This document shows, piece by piece, positions 1 to 6,229 of a DNA stretch of 46,990 nucleotides (position 1 is its first letter; each line of letters starts with the position of its first letter). The DNA lies in NCBI GenBank assembly GCA_964414215.1, contig CAYPVQ010000001.1:1-46990 (forward strand). Direction: 5' to 3'. Both the position numbers and the translations under genes were made by a program. The notes under the pieces were generated by a model. The model did not search any database and was not told where the DNA came from. It worked only from the letters and a program-made list of their open reading frames with translations. Source of the stretch: an uncultured Candidatus Saccharibacteria bacterium (lineage in GTDB: Bacteria; Patescibacteriota; Doudnabacteria; UBA920; 2-01-FULL-46-14).

Positions 1-27
1 ATACCACTTTTCCCGGTTTCTTTCGAC

Positions 28-447
28 TTACCTGCGGGGCATTATATACTTAAAAGTATTAGGATGGATAATCGGAATATTGCGAAAAATTTTCAACCTT
101 AATAGATCCTTATCCATAGTAACAATCAAATTTGCTTCCGCTGCCACGGCGCATTCAAGTATTTTGTTATCGTCAGGATCCTCTTTGACGATATTAATTT
201 TTTCCATAGGGTAAACAATGCGTGCAGTACCTTGAACCGCATCGAGCACTATAGAGGCCCGTTGGTTGGTCAGCCACTTCTCTTTTTCAAGCTCCTTCAA
301 TCTTTCCTCCAGTTCGGAAAAAATTTCGGGAGAAATAAAAACCAAAAAGCCGCTCTCTTTGTTCAGAACGGCTTGAACTATTTCATGGCTTAAACCACCG
401 ATTTTAGTCGCTGCAATATAGATATTGGTATCCAATACAATCCTCAC
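28..447 (-). CDS. PIN-domain toxin (VapC-like), type II TA pair 1
   Basis: 139-aa ORF. The N-terminus MRIVLDTNIYIAA is the PIN opening motif, with further acidic motifs (DPDDNKILECA, TMDKD). It lies 6 nt downstream of a small RHH ORF on the same strand. Confidence 0.8.
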   Translation of the reverse strand: MRIVLDTNIYIAATKIGGLSHEIVQAVLNKESGFLVFISPEIFSELEERLKELEKEKWLTNQRASIVLDAVQGTARIVYPMEKINIVKEDPDDNKILECAVAAEANLIVTMDKDLLRLKIFRNIPIIHPNTFKYIMPRR

Positions 448-453
448 GTTATT

Positions 454-693
454 TTAACCAAAGTACTTTTCTACATCGTCATCTGTTTTGATGCCCAGTT
501 TCTTGAAAATTGGAGCCATAATCTCTGAAGCTTTCCGCCATTTCGCTTCGAGAATATAGTTCTTTATTACATCTCTAGTCAACTGGCTGACGCTAACTTC
601 CTGCTCTCGAGCATACTGCTTGAGTTGTCCTGTTAGTTCTTTTGGTAAAGAAACGGTCAAGATTTCAGTTTTTTCCCGTTTAATTTGGGCCAT
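454..693 (-). CDS. ribbon-helix-helix (CopG/Arc-like) antitoxin, TA pair 1
   Basis: 79-aa ORF. LTVSLPKELTGQLKQYAREQEVSVSQLTRDVI fits a strand-helix-helix pattern. It sits directly upstream of the PIN ORF. Confidence 0.7.
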   Translation of the reverse strand: MAQIKREKTEILTVSLPKELTGQLKQYAREQEVSVSQLTRDVIKNYILEAKWRKASEIMAPIFKKLGIKTDDDVEKYFG

Positions 694-774
694 ATTTGCA
701 AAATTAATACTCTGTAATAATTATATATTACACTGTATTAAAAGTCAAGAATCACCTTTGCTCATAGTGTGTTC

Positions 775-829
775 CCTTTCTCCCCCTGCTCCAACCCCGA
801 TCGGAGATAGGAGAAGATGAAGAGGGGGT
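775..829. repeat. GC-rich nested-palindrome element, family 1 (intergenic copy)
   Basis: Sequence ccctttctccccctgctccaaccccgatcggagataggagaagatgaagagggggt. It is nearly identical in reverse orientation to 6169-6229. Related copies are at 16856-16903, 18394-18452, 30479-30537, 37056-37096 and 41584-41627. Confidence 0.8.
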
Positions 830-878
830 TATCATTCCCCTCCGCCAAAAACCCACCCCCCGCAGACGTGTATTATCA

Positions 879-894
879 TGTTACCATGGTAACA
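879..894. promoter_or_regulatory. operator-like perfect palindrome TGTTACCATGGTAACA, site 1 of 3
   Basis: 16-bp perfect palindrome read directly. The same motif occurs at 2066-2081 (one mismatch) and 2429-2444. All three are followed by gcta on the + strand. Confidence 0.6.
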
Positions 895-901
895 CGCTAA
901 C

Positions 902-932
902 AAAAGAGAAGGGCAGGACCAAAGTCCCGCCC
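902..932 (-). terminator. putative intrinsic terminator after the HisG-like gene
   Basis: The - strand reads gggcggga/ctttgg/tcctgccc (8-bp stem with one mismatch) followed by ttctctttt, about 10 nt past the stop at 942. Confidence 0.45.
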
Positions 933-941
933 TACTGATAA

Positions 942-1598
942 CTATTTACCCTCCTTAGATGTCAGCTTTTCAGCGAGTTCATAAAACAGTTCCGCTTTTT
1001 GCATGCTCGACCAATTATTACGGCCAAGCAGGACAGGCGAAGAGCTGTCCAGTACGTCCACCACTTTGAGTTCGTTGACCTCCAGAGATTCACCAGTCTC
1101 GGTAATGGTGACGCCAAAGCGGCACCGATGAGGGATCCGGGCCTCTACTGACCCGGAAATCGCGACGACCTTAACTTCCAGCCCCAATAACAGGCCCCGT
1201 TCTGTCCAGTTAGGAAACTCCGTGCAGACCTCTTCCCCTTCGCCGGGCGCGGAAGCACTTTCGCCCTTCGCGGCGACGAACACTACCTGACACGGATAAT
1301 TCGTTCGCTTGCTATAAGAAAAGCAAGCCCATCTTCTCAAAGAGTCGAGGTTCTCTGGATAATGAGAGTAAAACCACTCGTTATAACAGTCACTACCAGT
1401 AATCCCTCCCTCCACCATTCCTTCATGAATGGAATTTGGAATATCCCGGGGATGCACCCACACAATAGTCTTCACGAGCTTGTGGCCAATCTCCACCCAA
1501 TGCCGACGTGTAGGATCAGGAATGTTAATTCCTGACCTTCGGAACAGTTCGATCGTCTTCTGCTGCAAACTGCCGGTTGGCAATGCGATCGTAAGCAT
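942..1598 (-). CDS. hisG: ATP phosphoribosyltransferase-like protein, short (HisG-S) form
   Basis: The start was trimmed to the ATG at 1598, which is preceded by GGAGGG. MLTIALPTGSLQQKTIELF matches the HisG N-terminus. IPNSIHEGMVEGGITGSD and GSVEARIP...TITETGESLEVNELK match the HisG core and PRPP-loop pattern. At 218 aa it lacks the long-form C-terminal regulatory domain. Confidence 0.65.
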   Translation of the reverse strand: MLTIALPTGSLQQKTIELFRRSGINIPDPTRRHWVEIGHKLVKTIVWVHPRDIPNSIHEGMVEGGITGSDCYNEWFYSHYPENLDSLRRWACFSYSKRTNYPCQVVFVAAKGESASAPGEGEEVCTEFPNWTERGLLLGLEVKVVAISGSVEARIPHRCRFGVTITETGESLEVNELKVVDVLDSSSPVLLGRNNWSSMQKAELFYELAEKLTSKEGK

Positions 1599-1609
1599 TG
1601 ATTTCCCTC

Positions 1610-1900
1610 CTATCTGATCGGGTTGCCGTGCGGGTCGTGGCAGGAGCAAGGAATGATTCCCGGCATACATCGCTGCTTCGGGACACGAACGATCCCCGCC
1701 CAAGTTGCACCGGCGTCGAACCTTCCTGCACAAAAACCCTTTTCCCAATCGTTTAGCATCGAGCAGGATTGAGACTCCCCGGCCAATCGAAAGAACCACA
1801 TCCTTCCGCCATCCGCGAGAAGCAGTTTGCATCCGTCCGTGTTCTGATCGCCAATAATCTGACGAATCTCCTCTACTTGATCTGCGGTCTTAATCTCCAT
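1610..1900 (-). CDS. hypothetical protein upstream of the HisG-like gene
   Basis: The ATG at 1900 is preceded by GAGGAGG at ideal spacing. Only the first ~35 aa look protein-like; the rest is Cys/Trp/Arg-rich and the DNA is unusually GC-rich. Confidence 0.35.
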   Translation of the reverse strand: MEIKTADQVEEIRQIIGDQNTDGCKLLLADGGRMWFFRLAGESQSCSMLNDWEKGFCAGRFDAGATWAGIVRVPKQRCMPGIIPCSCHDPHGNPIR

Positions 1901-2065
1901 ACTTCCTCCTCAAAAAATTCGCTGCCGGAATTGGCAACGAAAAACCCCTGCGCTTTGCAGGGGCGGGGAAGATGCGCTAATTAACCAATACCACACCTAA
2001 CCCGACCCTGCAGGCATAGAGGCGACAGTGTGGTGATCATTGATATTATTTTGCGTGTTGTATCG

Positions 2066-2081
2066 TGTTACCATGTTAACA
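2066..2081. promoter_or_regulatory. operator-like palindrome TGTTACCATGTTAACA, site 2 of 3
   Basis: 15/16 match to the perfect palindrome. It lies ~165 nt upstream of the 1900 start and 52 nt downstream of the TrpR-like stop. Confidence 0.5.
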
Positions 2082-2132
2082 TGCTAATATAGAATACATA
2101 AAAGACAACGAAATGCTAAAAATATACATCGA

Positions 2133-2429
2133 TTAAAATCTATCCAAGACCAATCTGTATCCCCCGCGGCCGTGTTTGAGCCAATGGGCAACGCGCGTGA
2201 CAGTGGAGGTACTGGCCTCGGCTTTGTCCGCAATCTCCAGATAAGACATGTCGCGATCCAGCATCCGGGCAATGCGGAACCGCTCGGCCATTTCCCGAAG
2301 CTCCCGGAGAGTCATAAGGTCGCGGAAGAAATCCTCGCACTCTTTCACATTCCGAAGCTTCAAAATCGCTTGAAAGACTGCTTTCGTATCCTCATTTTCC
2401 CAGCCATACAATGTCTCATTTGTTGCCAT
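2133..2429 (-). CDS. TrpR-related YerC/YecD-family DNA-binding protein
   Basis: 98 aa. FFRDLMTLRELREMAERFRIARML...SYLEIADKAEASTSTVTRVAHWLKHG is the characteristic YerC/TrpR helix-turn-helix core. Confidence 0.8.
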   Translation of the reverse strand: MATNETLYGWENEDTKAVFQAILKLRNVKECEDFFRDLMTLRELREMAERFRIARMLDRDMSYLEIADKAEASTSTVTRVAHWLKHGRGGYRLVLDRF

Positions 2430-2464
2430 GTTACCATGGTAACATGCTAGTAAAAATCTGTCAA
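2427..2464 (-). promoter_or_regulatory. promoter plus 20-bp perfect palindrome (site 3) overlapping the TrpR-like start codon
   Basis: The - strand reads TTGACA (2464-2459), a 17-nt spacer, TACCAT (2441-2436), 6 nt, then ATG (2429). CATGTTACCATGGTAACATG (2427-2446) covers the -10 box and the start codon. Confidence 0.55.
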
Positions 2465-2509
2465 GGGCTGTCTTGAAACTAAAAGATAGCTTATAATTAT
2501 CCTAAAGGT

Positions 2510-3121
2510 ATGTTTGGCTTAAATGCGGCGGAAATAAAGATTTACAAAAAACTCTATACTCCCAAAAAAATCCAAGATTTTTTAGAAGAGTTGCTAGCAA
2601 ATTTTGAAAAGGGGAGCGAAACTTGCTATTCCCCACGTTTCGTCCTGCGATATAAAACCGCGCACTGTCTCGAAGGCGCCATCTTTGCCGCGGCGGCTTT
2701 AAGACTTTTGGGACACAAGCCCCTGATTGTCGATCTGCGAACAACTGAGACAGACACTAATCACGTCATTGCCTTGTTTAAAATCCGCAATTGCTGGGGA
2801 GCAATTAGCAAAACCAATCATGCGGTCCTGCGGTACCGCGAGCCTATTTACCGCAATCTCCGGGAACTCGTAATCTCTTACTTTCACGAATATTTTTTAG
2901 ACAATGGCCGCAAAACCCTGCGCAGTTATAGCCAGCCAGTGGATCTTTCCCGATTTGATCATAAAGGTTGGATGACGAGTGAAAAGCCTCTCTGGTATAT
3001 TGATCGGTATTTGGACAAAGTTCCACACTTTCCAATCCTCAATCCAAGTCAGATAAAAAATTTGCGCAAAGCCGACCCGATTGAAATCAAAGCTGGCAAA
3101 CTTACGCAGTGGCAAAAATAA
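2510..3121 (+). CDS. hypothetical protein, possible transglutaminase-like Cys-His fold
   Basis: 203-aa ORF. KTAHCLEGAIFAAAALRLLGHKP...TNHVIALF...CWGAISKTN resembles a transglutaminase-core Cys...His arrangement. This rests on pattern recognition only. Confidence 0.35.
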   Translation: MFGLNAAEIKIYKKLYTPKKIQDFLEELLANFEKGSETCYSPRFVLRYKTAHCLEGAIFAAAALRLLGHKPLIVDLRTTETDTNHVIALFKIRNCWGAISKTNHAVLRYREPIYRNLRELVISYFHEYFLDNGRKTLRSYSQPVDLSRFDHKGWMTSEKPLWYIDRYLDKVPHFPILNPSQIKNLRKADPIEIKAGKLTQWQK

Positions 3122-3232
3122 CTATCTCTGTGTATAACCCAATTTGACACTGAAAAGCGACTCCTGCTAAAGTGCTAATAAGATATGAAACTTGGTCTGA
3201 AAAACCATAATCAGAAGAGTATCAACCGGTAA

Positions 3233-3258
3233 ACCGCCCGCAAAGGGCGGTATTTTTT
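3233..3258 (+). terminator. intrinsic terminator between the 2510-3121 ORF and pyrB
   Basis: accgccc-gcaaa-gggcggt (7-bp GC stem) followed by atttttt. Confidence 0.7.
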
Positions 3259-3278
3259 AATCCAAAGGAGGCTAATCA

Positions 3279-4319
3279 ATGATTCAAGTTAAACTTCAAA
3301 CCAAAGAGACTTCAAGTCCTTCAAGACATGTGCTGTCTGCGTCCCAATTCACCCCAGACCAGTTGCAAGCCCTGTTTACTCTCACCAAAAAAATAGCGGA
3401 CTTTTGGGTCCAATGTCAGTTAAATCCGAATCTCGATAGACAGCTGTTTCTCCAAGAGCACGGACTTAGAGGAAAGAAGCTTTTTATCGTCTTCTATGAG
3501 CCTTCAACCAGGACCCGGGCATCCTTTGCTGCGGCGTGGGACTTTCTTGGTGGCACCATTCCCTTTTACACGGAAAACGCCGGCAAGTTTTCCTCTGCGG
3601 TCAAAGGGGAAACTTTAGAGGATACAATCAGGATCCTTGCAAGTTACGGGCCAGATGCAATCGTCCTGCGACACCCCGAAAAGGGAGCGGCAATCAGGGC
3701 GGCAACAGCAGTGGCCAACTATCCAGTCTCTATTCTAAACGGCGGGGACGGAGACGGTGAGCATCCCGCCCAAGCGTCCCTCGATATCTACACCATCCAA
3801 AACCTCTGTGGAGGAATAACCGGGAAGTCAATCGCCTTCATGGGGGATATTGCTCACAGCCGAACAATTCGTTCTCTGGTGCTCCTCTTGATCAATTACC
3901 AAAAAGTTAAACTGTACTTCTGTGCTCCCCGCCAAACTCAGTTGCCACCCGACCTGCGTAAAACCCTGGAGGACGCGAAAGTCCCATTTTATGTGGTTGG
4001 TAAAAACTGGAGACACCTAATTCAGGAGCGGCGGATTCATGTCCTTTACCAGACCAGGCTGCAAGCGGAACGGTTTAAAAATCCGCTCGTGCTAATTTTG
4101 GTCAAGTGGCTTAAACGCCGATTCAGCATCACCGCAGAGATCGGGGCGCTCATGAGAGAAAAAAATGTTTTGCTCATGCACCCTCTGCCGCGACTGGATG
4201 AAATCCACCCTGCATGCGACCAGTTTTCGACCTCAGTCTACTTTGCCCAAGCTCAAAATGGTCTTTTTGTCCGAGCGGCACTTTGCACCATGCTGTTCGG
4301 GAAGTGCAACTTTTCTTGA
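3279..4319 (+). CDS. pyrB: aspartate carbamoyltransferase catalytic subunit
   Basis: YEPSTRTRASF (STRTR carbamoyl-phosphate motif), GEHPAQASLD (HPxQ) and LMHPLPR (HPLPR) are present. AAAGGAGG lies upstream of the ATG. Confidence 0.9.
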   Translation: MIQVKLQTKETSSPSRHVLSASQFTPDQLQALFTLTKKIADFWVQCQLNPNLDRQLFLQEHGLRGKKLFIVFYEPSTRTRASFAAAWDFLGGTIPFYTENAGKFSSAVKGETLEDTIRILASYGPDAIVLRHPEKGAAIRAATAVANYPVSILNGGDGDGEHPAQASLDIYTIQNLCGGITGKSIAFMGDIAHSRTIRSLVLLLINYQKVKLYFCAPRQTQLPPDLRKTLEDAKVPFYVVGKNWRHLIQERRIHVLYQTRLQAERFKNPLVLILVKWLKRRFSITAEIGALMREKNVLLMHPLPRLDEIHPACDQFSTSVYFAQAQNGLFVRAALCTMLFGKCNFS

Positions 4320-4338
4320 GAAATAAAAAATCCCGGGG

Positions 4339-4860
4339 TCACTGCCAGCAGTTAGTGACCGCCGGGTCCATTTTTTTCCGGGCCACTCGTCGCTTGATTA
4401 ACTCATACGCCCCAAACATCACTCCGACATAGAAGAAGTCACCAAGCAGGGTATTACGGAAAAACGGGACGGCATTGACGTATGAGGCCAACAAACCTGA
4501 CGCTGTATGCGGATACATGGTGCCAAAGGCCCAAACCGCAAAATTGGTAATTAGAAAAAACTGGATTGAGGCAAAAAGGGTGGTCCCAATTGTGTTGTTT
4601 AAATTCTTTCGGCGCCGCAGCCACAGTCCTAGAAGACCGGAGAGAGCAAAACTCAAATACACTGACAGCATAATCGGCCAGTGATAAAAACCAATAAAGT
4701 AGTCAGAGACCAGCATGGCGGCTATAGGCAAAACTATTGCCAGTTTTTTATTGGCTAAATAAGTCCCGCCAAACAAAGCCACGGCGGTAATGGGCGCAAA
4801 GTTTGGCGCGTGGGGCAGGAAGCGAAGTATGACTGCGGCGAGAATCAAAAAATAAACCAT
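4339..4860 (-). CDS. polytopic membrane protein, candidate corrinoid/vitamin transporter (ECF-S-like, DUF6580-like)
   Basis: 173 aa with ~5-6 hydrophobic helices. The motif RFLPHAPNFAPITAVALFGG is present. It is the last gene of the nrdJ / adenosyltransferase / DUF4430-like string; the function is inferred from context. Confidence 0.5.
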   Translation of the reverse strand: MVYFLILAAVILRFLPHAPNFAPITAVALFGGTYLANKKLAIVLPIAAMLVSDYFIGFYHWPIMLSVYLSFALSGLLGLWLRRRKNLNNTIGTTLFASIQFFLITNFAVWAFGTMYPHTASGLLASYVNAVPFFRNTLLGDFFYVGVMFGAYELIKRRVARKKMDPAVTNCWQ

Positions 4861-4868
4861 ACTATTTC

Positions 4869-4948
4869 GTCATTGCGAGGCTGTGTATTCAGGCCGCGGC
4901 AACCTCATTGTTAACAGGATTGCTTCGTCGAGTACTCCTCGCAATGAC
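4869..4948. repeat. MITE-like element with 12-bp terminal inverted repeats (gtcattgcgagg / cctcgcaatgac)
   Basis: The inverted repeats were read directly. The internal gattgcttcgtcg motif is shared with the element at 41690-41827. Confidence 0.7.
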
Positions 4949-4950
4949 CT

Positions 4951-5364
4951 CTAATTTTTTATGTCTTCTATCTTCCATTCTACTACGTCGCCATCAGAGG
5001 TTGATAATTGATCTGCTCCGACTTGGGATTCTTGGCCATTGTAATAAAGCTTCCAGAAATGTTTTTCATCTGGTTTTACGCCATTAATACTTTCCACAAA
5101 TACTCCAAAATCATACTTTTTAACTTCTATCTTGGCACTCTCTTGACTAAGCTCCAAAGCAGTCTTGCCAGTTTTACCTGGTAGGCGCAGATAATCTGAC
5201 ATCACAATCTTCTGACCAGCAAGTTCTTGCGGCAGTTCAAAAAGCCCAGCCTTGGGCACCACCTTTTGTCCCGGCTTGAGAAGAAAAGTTAAGCCTACGA
5301 CTGCACCAATAACTCCAGCCAGGAGCAAAATTCTCAAAATAATTTTGATTTTTGCGCTTTGCAT
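4951..5364 (-). CDS. membrane-anchored DUF4430-like (transcobalamin-like beta-domain) protein
   Basis: 137 aa with an N-terminal TM anchor. GVFVESINGVKPDEKHFWKLYYNGQESQVGADQLSTSDGDVVEW matches the DUF4430 pattern (G-FV-SING...W...NG...GA....DGD-V-W). Confidence 0.65.
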   Translation of the reverse strand: MQSAKIKIILRILLLAGVIGAVVGLTFLLKPGQKVVPKAGLFELPQELAGQKIVMSDYLRLPGKTGKTALELSQESAKIEVKKYDFGVFVESINGVKPDEKHFWKLYYNGQESQVGADQLSTSDGDVVEWKIEDIKN

Positions 5365-5372
5365 TTTAAATT

Positions 5373-5918
5373 TTAATAATCAATTCCCCGCTTCGCTAAG
5401 TGGCCTTCCTGATAAGGGTGTTTAATCATTTTCATTTCGGTAACGAGGTCGGCCGCGTCCAGTAATACATTATATTTATTGTGGCCGGTCATGGCAAATG
5501 CCTCTACTACCTTCGCGGAGGCGAACTTGGCAATTTCCAGCACTTCCGCTTCAGTTAGAAGCCCAACCTCAATGGCCGAAACGATCTCATCAGCGATAAC
5601 AACATTGTATTTTCCGGATTCAATCTCGCCCCACAGCCACTTCAATCCTTCAGCAGCGGCCTGCACGTGCTCCTGCTTCTGCTTGGTGTCGCCCAATATC
5701 CCGACAAATCCTTTACCTAGAACTTTAACTACTATATTCGGAATGCTTTGCAGAACTTTAATTTCGGACGAAAGCGGCCACTCACCCGACTCTTTGGCTT
5801 CTGCGGCTTTCACAAACTGACAAAACAAAACTTTCTTGCCGGCGCCCGCCGCGCGCACCGCCAGTCCCACCGCGGCTGTCGTCTTCCCCTTCCCATCGCC
5901 GATATAGATGATGATCAT
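5373..5918 (-). CDS. cob(I)yrinic acid a,c-diamide / cob(I)alamin adenosyltransferase (CobO/BtuR family)
   Basis: 181 aa. The N-terminal P-loop IYIGDGKGKTTAAVGLAVRAAGAGKKVLFCQFVK is typical of the CobA/CobO/BtuR family. Confidence 0.8.
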   Translation of the reverse strand: MIIIYIGDGKGKTTAAVGLAVRAAGAGKKVLFCQFVKAAEAKESGEWPLSSEIKVLQSIPNIVVKVLGKGFVGILGDTKQKQEHVQAAAEGLKWLWGEIESGKYNVVIADEIVSAIEVGLLTEAEVLEIAKFASAKVVEAFAMTGHNKYNVLLDAADLVTEMKMIKHPYQEGHLAKRGIDY

Positions 5919-6168
5919 AAAATAAACTGTGACACAAGTATACCGATCGACATACTTGTGTTTAGAGTATTTTTAATACTTCTTTTAGTTCGTGGATAGT
6001 GCAAACCGGCTGGCCGGTTTCGTCATTTGGTAATTCATGAGCAAATTTGCCTTTCTGCAGCCAGATTGAGTGTGCGGGCCCAGTCAAAAATAATGGCTTT
6101 AAGATTCATAAGCTGTAGCGTGCTGATTTATCAGCTTATTCAGATGCCGATTAATCGGCGAGCTACCT

Positions 6169-6229
6169 ACCCCCTCTTCATCTCCCCCTATCTCCGACCG
6201 GGGTCGGAGCAGGGGGAGAAAAGGTGGGG
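6169..6229. repeat. GC-rich nested-palindrome element, family 1, abutting the nrdJ stop codon
   Basis: Sequence accccctcttcatctccccctatctccgaccggggtcggagcagggggagaaaaggtggggt. It is the reverse complement of the 775-829 copy with a few substitutions. Confidence 0.8.

Noticed and set aside
3181-3258. PyrR-type attenuator upstream of pyrB
   Set aside because: A terminator hairpin is present. The upstream sequence (aatcagaagagtatcaacc) does not match the PyrR binding-loop consensus (ARUCCAGAGAGGYU). The hairpin is adequately explained as the terminator of the preceding gene.
5919-6229. Cobalamin riboswitch upstream of the adenosyltransferase / B12-uptake genes
   Set aside because: The context makes a riboswitch plausible. 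However, on neither strand could I find the conserved core (GGGAA, GGTG..AA..CC, CCCGC.ACTG) or a B12 box resembling AGCCAGGAGACCTGCC. The region is reported only as an unexplained structured spacer, and a covariance-model scan is needed.
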